Of a DNA stretch of 64,000 bases, positions 1 to 14,765 are shown in pieces. The position numbers were made by a program, and so were the translations under genes. Source of the stretch: Octopus vulgaris (lineage: Eukaryota); NCBI GenBank assembly GCA_951406725.2, contig OX597819.1, positions 43,648,001 through 43,712,000 on the forward strand. The letters run 5' to 3'. Each line of letters opens with the position of its first letter. Within the stretch, counting starts at the first letter, position 1. A model generated the notes under the pieces. That model was not told where the DNA came from, ran no database searches, and saw nothing but the letters and a program-made list of their open reading frames with translations.

Positions 1-1440
1 ATACCATCACCACCACCAACAACAACAACAATAAAACACAAACTTCTAAGTTGCTTTGATAAACATAAGTGACGGCTAGATTTGAAGAATTTGTGATTAT
101 GGAAGTCAAGAAGTTTGTTGACGTTGTGTGATAGATAAAGATATATATTTGAAAGAGACTGCGAACAATTATCAAAGGTAAGGAAGATGAGAGAGCAACA
201 CCTAAAACAAATGGTGTTTTAGTAAACATCAGTGAAAAACATCTGCACCGAAGACTATGATCACCACTTGTCTCCGCCGCCACCGCCGCCGCCGCCATTA
301 CTGCCACTGCTGCCGCCGCCACCACCACCGACGCCACCACCGCCGCCGCCTCCGCCGCCTCCGCCGCCTCCGCCGCCTCCGCCGCCGCCACCACGGCCAC
401 TACCACCTCCAACATCACAAGCATCACCACCACCACCATTACTATCACCACCGCTATCACTGACACACCGCCAGCTAACCGGCAGCGGCAGCAGCAGCAT
501 AGCTGCACTACCACCACTACCACTACCACCACCACTACCACCATCACTACCACCACCACAACCACCACCACCACCACCACAACCACCACTACCACCACCA
601 CCACCACCACCACCACCACCACTACCACCCACCACCACCACCCACCACCACCACAACCATCGTGACTTCCACCAAGGCCTCTTCCAACACGACCACTACC
701 ACAACCAATAATAACAAGCCCCATCACACCCAACCACACACCATGCCCACCCCACCCCACTCACCACTACCACCACAGAAGTTTCGTCAACATCAGCAGC
801 ATATTTCGACCAACACCGCCACCAGTATCGCTCTATCAGCACCACCGCTATTGCTCTAACATCACCCCCACCACTTTCTCCACTATGTATGTATCAACGC
901 CACTACTGTCTCCATTGACATCCTATCTACTATGAAACCACCATCAATACCGCCACCAGTACCATCATCACGAGGATGACAACGACGACGACGACGATGA
1001 CAACGACAACGATCACCACCACCACCACCACAAACACCATCACCACTACATCGTCTGTAGTAGTACCATCATCAACCATGATTCCATCAACGCGAAGACG
1101 ACGACGACGACCACTACCACCACCTATACTACAATCACCACCACCACTATTCATAATGAAGATGATGATGATGACGATGATGATGATGATGATGATAATG
1201 ATGATGATCATCATCATCATTATCGCGCCCATGTGTGACATTAACAGTAACAAAAAAAAAAGAAATGGAGAATCGAAACCGCGTTCTTACGACCGCGAGC
1301 CCGCTGCCCTAACCACTGGGCCATTGCGCCTCCACACCGTTGTCGTTGTTATTGTTATTGTTGTTGTCGTTGTTGTTGTCATTGTTGTTATTGTTGCCGT
1401 TGTCGTTATTGTTGCTGTTGTTATTGTTGTTGTTGATTCA
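1..1440. repeat. Compound trinucleotide low-complexity region (CCA/CCG/GAT/GTT)
   Basis: Runs of ccaccacca, ccgccg, gatgat and gttgtt; the poly-Pro, poly-Gly and poly-Thr ORFs come from these repeats. Confidence 0.9.
1270..1335 (-). mobile_element. tRNA-derived SINE head, family C (fragment)
   Basis: Minus strand GTGGAGGCGCAATGGCCCAGTGGTTAGGGCAGCGG...GGTTTCGATTC has A and B boxes; matches the head at 61390-61458. Confidence 0.85.
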
Positions 1441-1632
1441 ACCATTATCAATGAGACTAAAACACACGCACATACCCACACATACTACACACTCAGATAC
1501 ACAGAACAAATACTGAAATATTCACAGACACACACACACACACACACACACAGACGCACACATCAACACTCTCTCTCCCTCGCGCACATACACACACAAA
1601 CAAAATTACACAAGAAGAAATACAGGGATAAA

Positions 1633-1709
<77 letters not shown>

Positions 1710-1765
1710 AGGAGAAGGAGGGAGAGGGAGAGAGAGAGAGTGCTCTTCATATTATAACCAGAAGT

Positions 1766-1879
1766 GGCTCTGATGAAAGTAGCATTAATTTTCTTAGGTT
1801 ATTCAATTGATCAAATAGATCAATTGAGTAGACGTATCAGTTGTGTACCTATAATGACTACTGGACACAGCTGTAAGGC
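1766..1879 (+). ncRNA. Degenerate Penelope-type hammerhead ribozyme motif
   Basis: CTGATGA (1770-1776), long stem II (AGTAGCATTA...TAATGACTACT), GAC in place of GAA, palindromic stem III ACAGCTGT; core mutated. Confidence 0.45.
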
Positions 1880-1929
1880 AAATTTGCTTCAATAAAGGAA
1901 AAATATGCAATGATCATAATTTTAAACTT

Positions 1930-1978
<49 letters not shown>

Positions 1979-2750
1979 AAGAAAGAGAGAGATAGTGTCT
2001 GCGTGTGAGAGAGTGATATGATATATAAAAAAAAGAAAGATTTAATGATGTATAAATAGAAATATTAAATGTAGTTAAGAGTTTAATTATTAACAGGCCA
2101 TTAAACTGCAACACGTTACTACATTGTAGAAAATATAAGTGGGACCAGCTGGCGTGTGTATTCATAACCGGCTAAAATGATCTTTGCGAGTAACATACTG
2201 AGATAGAAAGCAGAAAAGCATAAATTTCACATATAGTTCACACTTTAAATGTGCTTAACAGCTGTTTCGGAAAGTTAAGTATCACTAAATGCATTATTAC
2301 TTCATTCTTATACATGCTTTAAATGTAATTAATTTTGACGAATAAAATACCTGAAGATTTGGGTAAAGACAGCTATTAAAATAATTTTATTTAAATTTAT
2401 TTAAATTTTAATTAATTATGTTTCACAATCATGCAGTTATATACGTTTAATGATATGTATTGTAATGAAACAGGTGTTGAAACAAGAACCGTATATAAAA
2501 CTTATACTTTTCTGCTTATTTTGTGTGTGTGTATACATACATATATATAAATATATATATAAATACACACGTATATATATGCATATATGCATATATATAT
2601 ATATACACATATATATATATATATATATATACATAATAATATATACATACATACACAAACAGACAGACAGACAGACACACACACACATATATACACACAT
2701 ATTTTTGACTGTAAATATGTATGAGTGTTTATATATATATATATATATAT

Positions 2751-3048
2751 ATACAAAATAAGAAAATGGAGAAATACATCTAAATCAAATATCAATTACC
2801 AGATAATACTCAATCACATACTTTATTAAACCACCACATAAGAAACTATAAGGTTAAACATAAAAAAAGTAGAGCAAAACAGTGTACATAAAGGAGTATA
2901 CATAAATCCTTTACGTATAGTTTTGCTCTACTTTTTTATGTTTAACCCTATAGTTTCTTATGTGGTGCTTTAATAAAGTATGTGATTGAGTATTATCTGG
3001 TAATTGATATTTGATTTAGATGTATTTCTCCATTTTCTTAATTTGTAT
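2751..3048. repeat. Long near-perfect palindrome (arms about 140 bp) next to (TA)n
   Basis: atacaaaataagaaaatggagaaatacatc...gtagagcaaaac is the reverse complement of gttttgctctac...gatgtatttctccattttcttaatttgtat, with few mismatches. Confidence 0.9.
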
Positions 3049-3217
3049 TATGAATTTGTGGTATAACATTTTTCCTTTGCCCATATAATACAGTAAATGA
3101 ATTGATTGCATCGCAATCCTTAACATTTATGTATTAACCTCGTTGGGTATTTCACTAGCAGTATATTGGATATATGTTATCCCATGGAGGGTTGCATTTA
3201 CAACCCCTATCTAAATT

Positions 3218-3280
<63 letters not shown>

Positions 3281-3290
3281 ATATATATGG

Positions 3291-3331
<41 letters not shown>

Positions 3332-4328
3332 CGCGTTTATACATGCGTATATGTGCGTGTGTATGTAAGTGTATTTAGATATATATTCTCTAACAAGTAT
3401 TTAGTAAGTTTCTTTATACATTAAACAAAAGAAGACAAAACGCTTATTCTCAACAAACTAATGGAATTCATAATTTCCTTCGAAACCGTGATAGTTGTTA
3501 ACATCATGATATAAAACTATTACACAACCACCGTATATTATTGTATGGTAAACAGTGCATATTATAACAACGACATATACCATGATACTGTTCGACAAAA
3601 GAAAGCAATAGCCAACGACACGGCCAATGACAAACATGCATTCCTTTTTATGCGCGTGCATTTTATTTTTTTATAGAGTTCACGTGTAAGAACAAAATTA
3701 TGCGTAGTCATGGAATCGACCTTTGCAACTAAAATACGTAAGCGTACCCTCAATGCACACAAACGTCTCACAGACAAAACGCATTAGATTTTTATCGCTA
3801 ATTGCGATATTTGCTAATCACCAACATCCTCATAATAGCCGAGCAAGAAAGAAATGGTCGAACGTACTGCAGATAAGGTCATGTGACCTTGAAACGTCGT
3901 CAATAATGAGAGAGCTAAATATTCCCAGTTGTGGGATGTGGAAAGGAGCAAAGTGGCAGTGGTGGAGAGAATGTGTGGTGATATTTCCAATAAGCTCTTA
4001 ATGATTAAGATATAGCAAGAAAATATGGGAAATTTAAATTAAAATATATAATGACTAAACACAGACGTGCTGCTAATATGTCCCAGAGGAAAGTTACTCC
4101 CTACATGTTCGAATATGTCTAAGCATACATGTATGCATATAGGTATATTATGTATGCACGTAATGTACGTATGCATTTACACACACAAACACACACACAT
4201 GTATATGCATGGGTGTATAAATATGTATTCGTTTATATCTATGTATATCAACATGTATGTATAGACGTGTATATATACATATACACATATATATATTTAT
4301 ATATATATATGTGTATATATATATATAT

Positions 4329-5031
4329 AAATGTATATATGCATGTATGTATTTATATATATATATAAATGTATATATGCATGTATGTATTTATATATAT
4401 ATATAAATGTATATATGCATGTATGTATTTATATATATATATAAATGTATATATGCATGTATGTATTTATATATATATATAAATGTATATATGCATGTAT
4501 GTATTTATATATATATATAAATGTATATATGCATGTATGTATTTATATATATATATAAATGTATATATGCATGTATGTATTTATATATATATATAAATGT
4601 ATATATGCATGTATGTATTTATATATATATATAAATGTATATATGCATGTATGTATTTATATATATATATAAATGTATATATGCATGTATGTATTTATAT
4701 ATATATATAAATGTATATATGCATGTATGTATTTATATATATATATAAATGTATATATGCATGTATGTATTTATATATATATATAAATGTATATATGCAT
4801 GTATGTATTTATATATATATATAAATGTATATATGCATGTATGTATTTATATATATATATAAATGTATATATGCATGTATGTATTTATATATATATATAA
4901 ATGTATATATGCATGTATGTATTTATATATATATATATATATATATGCATGTATGTATTTATATATATATATAAATGTATATATGCATGTATGTATTTAT
5001 ATATATATATAAATGTATATATGCATGTATG

Positions 5032-5040
<9 letters not shown>
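4329..5040. repeat. 38-bp minisatellite, about 19 copies
   Basis: Unit aaatgtatatatgcatgtatgtatttatatatatatat; starts at 4329 and 4367 give the 38-bp period. Confidence 0.9.
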
Positions 5041-5387
<347 letters not shown>

Positions 5388-5750
5388 ACATTGTAATCAC
5401 TAACTTAATTCATAATTATATATGCACGTGTGTGTATTATATACATATACGTTTATGTATAGAAATACGTATACACGTACATATGCATGTATGGGTGTAT
5501 ATGAATGTGGTTTTGGGTGTATATGGCTTTTGTGGGTCTTATGTTACATGTTTATCAGTACATATATGTATATGTGTGTGTGTGAGTGTGTGTTTGTCTG
5601 TGTGTGCTTGTGTGTGTACGTAAGTAAGCGTGCGTTTTGCACAGTTCCTGTAAAAAAAAAAAACAATTAGATGGCGGCATAAGAAAGCAGTGAAAAGTGA
5701 GAAAGACAATGCCACAGTATAAGAATACAAAATGAGAGCGAGAGAGAGAA

Positions 5751-5808
<58 letters not shown>

Positions 5809-6067
5809 GAGAGGGAGTGAAAGATAGAACAAAGGTAGTGAGAAAGAGTGTGAGAAAGGTGATTGAATGGTGGTGAAATAGATAACATTCGTATAAAACA
5901 TTTGTATAAAACAATGATAAAGGCATCAGAAAACGGTCGAAAACAATAAAACTAAATAAATCGTTATTTCAATGGATGCATTATATATTAATTTTGTATG
6001 CCTTATTTATACATATCATATTTGTATATGTTGATATATATAATATATAATATATACAATGTATATG

Positions 6068-6118
<51 letters not shown>

Positions 6119-6253
6119 GTATATGTATATAAGTGTATATGCTTATGCATGTATATATATATATATGCATATATATATATATATATACATATATATACGT
6201 GTCTATCTATATATCTATCTATCTATCTGTCTATCCGTTTATGTGCGTGTCTG

Positions 6254-6309
<56 letters not shown>

Positions 6310-7708
6310 TATGCGTGTGTGCATTTTATCCCAACTCTCCATTTTACTTTAATTTACGTCTCTTGTTTTTATATATATTTATATGTAATACTTCCTTTCT
6401 AATTCTTTGTTTATTTATTGCCCAAATTATATAGAAATCACAGTTTTCAACGTTATTTTCGTAGACAAGTTCTTCGGAATTAATATTAACTTAAATCGAC
6501 TATCTTTTGTTGCCCGAAAGTTTTTTTTTTTTTGTTTTTTGCTTTTTTGCTTTTTTTCATTTTTCTTTTCTTTTCTTTTTTATCAGATCTTTCTGCATTA
6601 GAACATTTTTGAAAGAATATCGCACATTAAATAAACTCAGCAACCATTTTTATTAATAGGGGGAGACAACAACAGCAACATTCACAACTACTATCATTAC
6701 AACAAGGAACAACAGCAAATATATAATAAAAACAATATTACATGAAAAAAAAAAAGAATAATAATAATAATAAAAACAAAATATAATACACAATAACAAC
6801 CACAGCAACAACAACAAAAAAAATAAACAAACTGGCAAACACAAGGCAACTCATTAGTTTGTCGCAAATTTCCACAAGCGTATTTTAAAATAACTCGTAA
6901 TTAAATTGGTGTTTTTCTTTTGTTCGTTCGACAAATTATTGAATGACTAAATATTTACTTTAAAATATTTTGTGTTATGTTTTGTTGGGGTGTTTTTTCT
7001 TCTTGTTATTATCATGTTTGTTTGTTTGTTGCTGTTTTTGTTTTGTGTTGTATATATTTTATGAAAAATACGCTTAAGGAACTATACTGACACAAATACA
7101 TTGAAAATTTTTGAATTCAATTAAATAATAATATCGAAAGGCGAACTTCGTTATGAGTGTATGCTTTCGTAAGCGTGTGCATATATATATGTATGTATGT
7201 ATGTACATATGTATGTATGTATGTTTGTATGTATGTACGTATGTATGTATGTACGTTTGTATGTATGTATGTATGTATGTATGTATGTATGTATGTATGC
7301 ATGTATGTATGTATGTATGTATGTATGCATGTATGTATTATGTATGTATGTATGTATGTATGTATGTATGTATGTATGTATGTACTACGTACGTACGTGC
7401 GTATGTATACTCATACTAGCACACTCGCACATACGTAGATATATATACATATGCATAAATATATGTACGTATGTGTTTGTGTGCGTGTCTGCGTGGGTGC
7501 GTGTGTCTGCGTATGTTAAAGAGTGTTAGTGGAAGCGATAGAAAGACTTGATTAACAGACATATGTCAGACTATATCGTATATAAGACCGATTTACACAT
7601 AAACACACGCAAAACATACAGAAACAACCACACATACCCATACGCAATATGTACACAAAACACACACACACGCACACATACGTACACATACGCATATATA
7701 TAATTATA

Positions 7709-7748
<40 letters not shown>

Positions 7749-7841
7749 CATATATACATACATACATACATACATATATACATATATATATATATGTATC
7801 TATACATACAACAAATATAACTATTTAAGTAATTGTATACA

Positions 7842-7898
<57 letters not shown>

Positions 7899-8211
7899 TA
7901 CGTTCATACATATTACATACATACATACATACATATACACACACATGTGCGTACACACACATACACATATATACAGACAGACGGAATGAGATCGATAAGT
8001 AAACAATAACAGTTACTAATATTCATTTGGAAAGCAAAGTAAATTGACGCTAGAATTAGTTTTGAAATCTGTGAGAAACCAACTTTGTTGCAAAACAAAA
8101 GGTCACACAACTAACAGAAACACTATTATTTGTATTGGAAAATTACAGGATAGGTAGGTCGAGTTAGGTAGGTGTGAAGCTAAGTAGATGGATAGATGGA
8201 TATTTTGGCAG

Positions 8212-8292
<81 letters not shown>

Positions 8293-8376
8293 TGTGTGGT
8301 TAGTTTGATAAATAAGTACGTAAGTACATAGATTGTTTTCTCTCCCCCTCCCCATATATATGTATATTTAGTATGA

Positions 8377-8438
<62 letters not shown>

Positions 8439-8608
8439 TAGATAGATAGATAGATACAGATACATATATATATATATATATATGTATGTTTATATATATG
8501 TATGTAAATATATATATACACACACACATACATGCATACACACACATATATATAGATAGATAGTTACTAACACGGATAGAACCATATAAAACGCTACGTT
8601 TAAATAGG

Positions 8609-8700
<92 letters not shown>

Positions 8701-9010
8701 CAGATATATAGATCGATAAATTGATTGGTATATAATTAGGTAGGTTGAAAATTATGCAGGTAGTAAGTAAGGTAAATGGAAATTTATATAGATAGATAAT
8801 TAGTTTGGTATATAGATAAAGAATGAAATTATAACGAGATTGTCGGTAGATAGAGTAATGGAATATAGTTAGATATATATAGAAAAAATGTATGTATGCT
8901 GATTGGCAGATAAGTATTTAGGAAGGCAGAAGGCTTGGAAGATATATAGTTTGATAGAAAGGTGTGTAAATAGTTGGATAGTAATTTTGTGTATATACAA
9001 ACTGATTTTT

Positions 9011-9420
<410 letters not shown>

Positions 9421-9510
9421 TAGATACATATACATAGATAGATAGATAGATAGATACATACATACATACATACAATAATCCTTTCTACTTATGTATGTAT
9501 GTGTATATAT

Positions 9511-9585
<75 letters not shown>

Positions 9586-9689
9586 GATGTATATCTATCT
9601 ATCTGCATTGAATTGCAACAGATGGAAGTTGACTTGCTATAAAGTCATAGAAATCTATGATTTCGGCTGTCTAGGTTTGCAAAAAAAAA

Positions 9690-10800
9690 AGATCTGAGTG
9701 TAAAGACAAAGTCTTATACTAACTAACATGTCAGCTGTTTCGTTTAACGATCCCTTCATATGTCCAATGTGTGGATATATCTGAAGATCATTGGTTGGTT
9801 AAGTAACTGTATACGTGACTATATACAAAGTTTTTTCCAGCAAAATGTTTGGATGAAGCTCATGAAGAACCATGGAGAATGTTAAGACATGTATTTTTAA
9901 TGAAAGAAACAGAAGTACTTATCCTTAATGCTCAAGAAAATGCTTTACGAACCACTTCACTCAAGTGTAGCGTTGATAAGGCAGCAGTATCACTTTAGTG
10001 CAGATTACGGGAAACATCGTCTGAGCCAGTTAGACATATAATTTGAGGATGTTCAAAAGTAGTCTAAAAGGAGTACAAAAATGGCATGATAAAGTGGCAG
10101 TGTGAATACACTGCGAGCTGTGTTGGAAGTATAGCTTAGAATGTTTCAACGATTGGTATGAGCAGAAACCTTTCCCAGTAGCAGGGAATGCTCAGATGAA
10201 ACTCATATGGGATATATCAATCTACACGGATAAGAAGCTGCAGCATAACCTATTTCTTTACTATCCACAGGGGGCTAAACACAGAGAGGACAAACAAGGA
10301 CAGACAAACGGATTAAGTCGATTATATCGACCCTAGTACGCAACTGGTACTTAATTTATGGACTCCGAAAGGATGAAAGGCAAAGTCGACCTCGGCGGAA
10401 TTTGAACTCAGAACGTAGTGGCAGACGAAATACCGCTAAGCATTTTGCCCGGCATGCTAGCGTTTCTGCCAGCTCACCGCCTTAACTGCAGCATAACCGA
10501 CCAGATATAACTCTCCTACAGAAAGAGTCTAAACAATACACCTTCATCGATGTAGATATTCCTGGAGACCAGAGAATATTATAAAGACGGATGAACGAAT
10601 ACGTCGAGACGTACCAGGACATAACACTGGAAGTGAAGCGCACCCATTGAGTCTCTCCGTGTTACGTATAGTGATCGGTGCATTTGGGACAACAATATTC
10701 CTGCATGAAAAGCTGACAATACCAAACTTTATAGGAAGTACGCAGTTGGCAGCATTATTTGGAGCGGCACATGTATTGTGAAAAGTGTTGCGTCGCTGTG
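9690..10800 (+). pseudogene. Decayed R4/Dong-like non-LTR retrotransposon C-terminus (CCHC finger plus restriction-like endonuclease), split by a SINE
   Basis: Hand translation gives AQENALRT, CRL...VRHII*GC...EYKKWHDKVA, LIWDISIYTDKKLQHN|RPDITLLQKESKQYTFIDVDIPGD, VIGAFG and QLAALFGAAHVL; contains stops. Confidence 0.85.
10251..10485 (-). mobile_element. Full-length tRNA-derived SINE, family B, long-tail variant, with 13-bp TSD
   Basis: Head AAGGCGGTGAGCTGGCAGAAACG...GAGTTCAAATTCC; TSD ctgcagcataacc at 10238-10250 and 10486-10498. Confidence 0.92.
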
Positions 10801-10877
10801 CTGTATGGACGTGTTGAGATGTTAAATAGATAACTCGGTAGAGGAAAGGAAAATAGAAATGATAATAATGATAATAA

Positions 10878-10938
<61 letters not shown>

Positions 10939-10939
<1 letters not shown>

Positions 10940-11061
10940 CAGGTTTCTGAGCCATATAGTAGAATTGGTTCGACTGTGGCTTTGAATATTTCAAGTTTGA
11001 AGTCTCTACTTAGATTTGATGACCAGATCTTATGCATGTCATTACAGGCTGACCAGGCCAT
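10939..11061 (-). mobile_element. Internal RTE-clade LINE fragment embedded in (CTA)n
   Basis: MAWSACNDMHKIWSSNLSRDFKLEIFKATVEPILLYGSETW; LLYGSETW is the post-RT motif. Confidence 0.85.
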
Positions 11062-11063
11062 AC

Positions 11064-11096
<33 letters not shown>

Positions 11097-11108
11097 TACC
11101 ACCACCAT

Positions 11109-11150
<42 letters not shown>

Positions 11151-11154
11151 TACT

Positions 11155-11191
<37 letters not shown>

Positions 11192-11359
11192 GCAAGGTCA
11201 TGTGCTGTTTATCTTGGTATTAGATCACCATGTCGCGCACATATGGTTGTGATGCATGTGCCAGGTGTACCCTTATCAGACAGGTAGTCACGATGGGTAT
11301 GCTGGGCTTCCTATACTTTACCCCGTGTCACTTTGATGGCATGCACTGCTCTCTCACTC
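11192..11359 (+). mobile_element. 5'-truncated 3'-end repeat in (AAT)n, copy 1 of 3
   Basis: Ends ...gatggcatgcactgctctctcactc(aat)n; same 3' end as 13063-13606 and 13630-13770. Confidence 0.85.
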
Positions 11360-11384
11360 AATAATAATAATAATAATAATAATA

Positions 11385-11714
11385 ATCCTTTCCAGTGTGA
11401 AATTTTGAGCGAATGGGGCCAGTCGATTATATTGACTCCAGCACGCAACTGGTGTTTGTTTTATCGACCCCATAAGGATGAAAAGTGAAGTCGACCTCGT
11501 GGAATTTGAACTTAGAACGTAAAACCGGTAGAAATGCCATGAAGCGGCTTGTCCAGCGTGCTTAAAGATTCTGCCAGCTCGCCGCCTTAATAACAACAAC
11601 AACAACAGCAACAATAGCAACGATAACAACAACATCAACAACAACAACGATAATAATAATAATTTTTTTTATCAACCTCCAAAAGGTAAAGTCGACTCCA
11701 GTGGCATTTGAATA

Positions 11715-11753
<39 letters not shown>

Positions 11754-12488
11754 AACCACCACCACCACCACCACCACCACCACCATCACCACCACCACCA
11801 CCACCACCACCACCACCACCACCACTCAGAACTCAGAACGTAGCGACTTCGAAATACCTATTTCTTTACTACCCACAAGGAGCTAAACACAGAGAGGACA
11901 AACAAGGAGAGACAAATGGATTAAGTCAATTATATTGACCTCAGTGCGTAACTGGTACTTATTTAATCGACCCCGAAAGGTTGAAAGGCAAAGTCGACCT
12001 CGGCGGAATTTGAACTCAGAACGTAGCGGCAGGCAAAATACCGCTAAGCATTTCGTCTAGCGCGTTGACGATTCTGCCAGCTTGCCGCTTTAATAATAAT
12101 AATCTTTTCTACTCTAGGCACAAGGCCCGAAATTTTTGGGAGCGGGGTCAGTTGATTAGATTGACTCCAGTATGCAACTGGTACTTAATTTATCGACCCC
12201 AAAAGGATGAAAGGCAAAGTCGACCTCGGCGGAATTTGAACTCGAAACGTAAAGGCAGATGAAATACATATTTCTTTACTACCCACAAGGGGCTAAATAC
12301 AGAGAGGACAAACAAGGACAGACAAACGGATTAAGTCGATTATATCGACCCCCAGTGCGTAACTGGTACTTATTTAATTAACGCCGAAAGGATGAAAGGC
12401 AAAATCGACCTCGGCAGAATTTGAACTCAGAACGTAGCGGCAGATGAAATACCGCCTGGCATACTAACGTTTCTGCCAGCTCACCGAA
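11385..12488 (-). mobile_element. Cluster of family B SINE copies, including two nested head-into-head junctions (11858/11859 and 12268/12269)
   Basis: Repeated gaaaggcaaagtcgacctcggcggaatttgaactc and ctgccagctcgccgcctt; the tail tatttctttactacccacaagg follows gaaatac twice. Confidence 0.9.
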
Positions 12489-12499
12489 TAATAATAATA

Positions 12500-12761
12500 G
12501 GCAGAAATTCAAAAGATAGTATTCATGGGATCTGCCCATATCCTACGTGAAATACTGTCTATGTAATCTCAAATGTTAAAACAAACTCTTAATTTTTTAA
12601 AAGTTTCCTGAAATATTATCTAGGACAATCCTATGTGCAAAACCAAATATATGACACCCTAGGCATAACATAAAAATGAACATCTAACTTGTTGTCTCTT
12701 GAGGTCTCTGGGTGAGACTTGGAGCCAACTTGTGCAAATACAAAGCAAAAGTCAAGCATAT
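12500..12761 (+). mobile_element. R4/Dong-like LINE 3' end flanked by (AAT)n
   Basis: IQKIVFMGSAHILREILSM* followed by a 3'UTR and (AAT/GAT)n. Confidence 0.8.
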
Positions 12762-12791
12762 AATGATGATGATGATGATAATAATATTAAT

Positions 12792-12839
<48 letters not shown>

Positions 12840-12874
12840 AATAGCAACAACAACAACAACAACAACAGCAACAA

Positions 12875-12909
<35 letters not shown>

Positions 12910-12943
12910 ACAACAACCACAATAATAATAATAATAATAATGC

Positions 12944-13036
<93 letters not shown>

Positions 13037-13062
13037 TAATAATAATAATAAAAATAATAATT

Positions 13063-13770
13063 AGTACCAGGCAGAGGCTCTCATGGCTTCTGATCTTAAC
13101 TGATTGGAAGTGTTATCATGTACATTGTTCTGTCTTGGTATAAAAGATGGGCTACAGCAAATATTCTGCTCAATAACACAGATTTGCTTGTCAGTTGTTT
13201 GACCTTAACCAGTTGAGCATGTCCCTTAGTGGCTGACGATATGTGCATCTCTGATCACGAGCAGAAGTAGTGGGGGAGCATCATAGCCATGTGTTGAGAG
13301 GGATTCTTTGGGGTTTGAATAATTCACCTCTGGAGACATGGGTGGGTTTTTCAACATCCTTAAACAACCCTTATTCAGGGACCGTTTGAGCGGGATGGGC
13401 TACTCAACCTGAAGAAAATTCTAACTGGGCCCCACCTGCAAGGTCATGTGCAGTTTATCTTGATATGAGATCACCATGCCGCGCACATATGGTTGTGATG
13501 CATGTGCCTGGTGTGCCCTTATCAGACGGGTAGTCATGATGCGTATATTGGGCTTCGTATATTTTACCCCAGTGTCATTTTGATGGCATGAACTGCTCTC
13601 TCACTCAATAATAATAATAATAATAATAATGAGATCACCATGTCGCGCACATATGGTTGTGATGCATGTGCCTGGTGTACCCTTATCAGACGGGTAGTCA
13701 TGATGGGTATATTGGGCTTCGTATATTTTACCCCAGTGTCACTTTGATGGCATGCACTGCTCTCTCACTC
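13063..13770 (+). mobile_element. Two more variably 5'-truncated copies of the (AAT)n-inserted 3'-end repeat (13063-13606, 13630-13770)
   Basis: Same 3' terminus ctgctctctcactc(aat)n with different 5' starts; probably a LINE 3'UTR. Confidence 0.8.
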
Positions 13771-13811
<41 letters not shown>

Positions 13812-13884
13812 GAATAAGAATAAGAAGAAGAAGAACAAGCAGAACAAGAAGAAGAAGAGGAAGAAGAAGAAGAAGAACAACAAC

Positions 13885-13931
<47 letters not shown>

Positions 13932-13936
13932 TGATG

Positions 13937-14002
<66 letters not shown>

Positions 14003-14004
<2 letters not shown>

Positions 14005-14252
14005 TCCTATCATAGTAGGCGCATTAGGCATGATAAAAAAATATTCAGACAAGTACATAACAAAAACACCAGGACTTACAAACACATATAACATACAGAA
14101 AATTGCACTACTAGGCACTGCACACATCCTACGCAGAACACTTTCCATACAATAACCATCAGAGCATCACAACAAATCACAGCACATACCCAAGGCACAC
14201 AGAGCTGCGCTCGGTAGTGAAGTGAAAGCACGCTATAAAAATAAAACTACTG
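14003..14252 (+). mobile_element. R4/Dong-like LINE 3' end flanked by (AAT)n
   Basis: IPIIVGALGMIKK...NIQKIALLGTAHILRRTLSIQ* is an RLE C-terminal signature. Confidence 0.88.
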
Positions 14253-14265
14253 AATAATAATAATG

Positions 14266-14366
<101 letters not shown>

Positions 14367-14396
14367 AAGAAGAAGAAGAAGAACAACAACAACAAC

Positions 14397-14449
<53 letters not shown>

Positions 14450-14454
<5 letters not shown>

Positions 14455-14595
14455 GAAATTCAGAAAATGGACTGAAAAATTCGTAAGCTGCTGACTTGTA
14501 ATAAAATGCACCACCCAAAGGCAGACGTGGATTGGCTTTAGCTTCCAAGAGCAAAAGGAGGTCGAGGTTTGATCGACTTTGAATTTCCTTACATA
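14450..14595 (+). pseudogene. R4/Dong-like RT C-terminal fragment
   Basis: KIRKLLTCNKMHHPKADVDWL*LPRAKGGRGLI. Confidence 0.8.
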
Positions 14596-14726
14596 CCCAC
14601 CACAACTGGACCGGCTCAACATCTTGAGACAGCTAACGACGTACATATATACATACCTACACACACACGCACATCTATCTATATATATATATATATATAC
14701 ATACATCTCTCTCTCTCTCTCTCTCA

Positions 14727-14765
<39 letters not shown>

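Noticed and set aside
1270-1335. Genuine tRNA genes at the SINE heads
   Set aside because: They have A and B boxes but no complete cloverleaf, and the same head continues into a SINE body at 61067-61458.
232-1674. Poly-Pro, poly-Gly and poly-Thr ORFs (formin- or extensin-like)
   Set aside because: They are translations of trinucleotide repeats open in several frames on both strands, and one runs through a SINE head.
4329-5040. CRISPR-like array
   Set aside because: Tandem units with no unique spacers, in a eukaryotic context.
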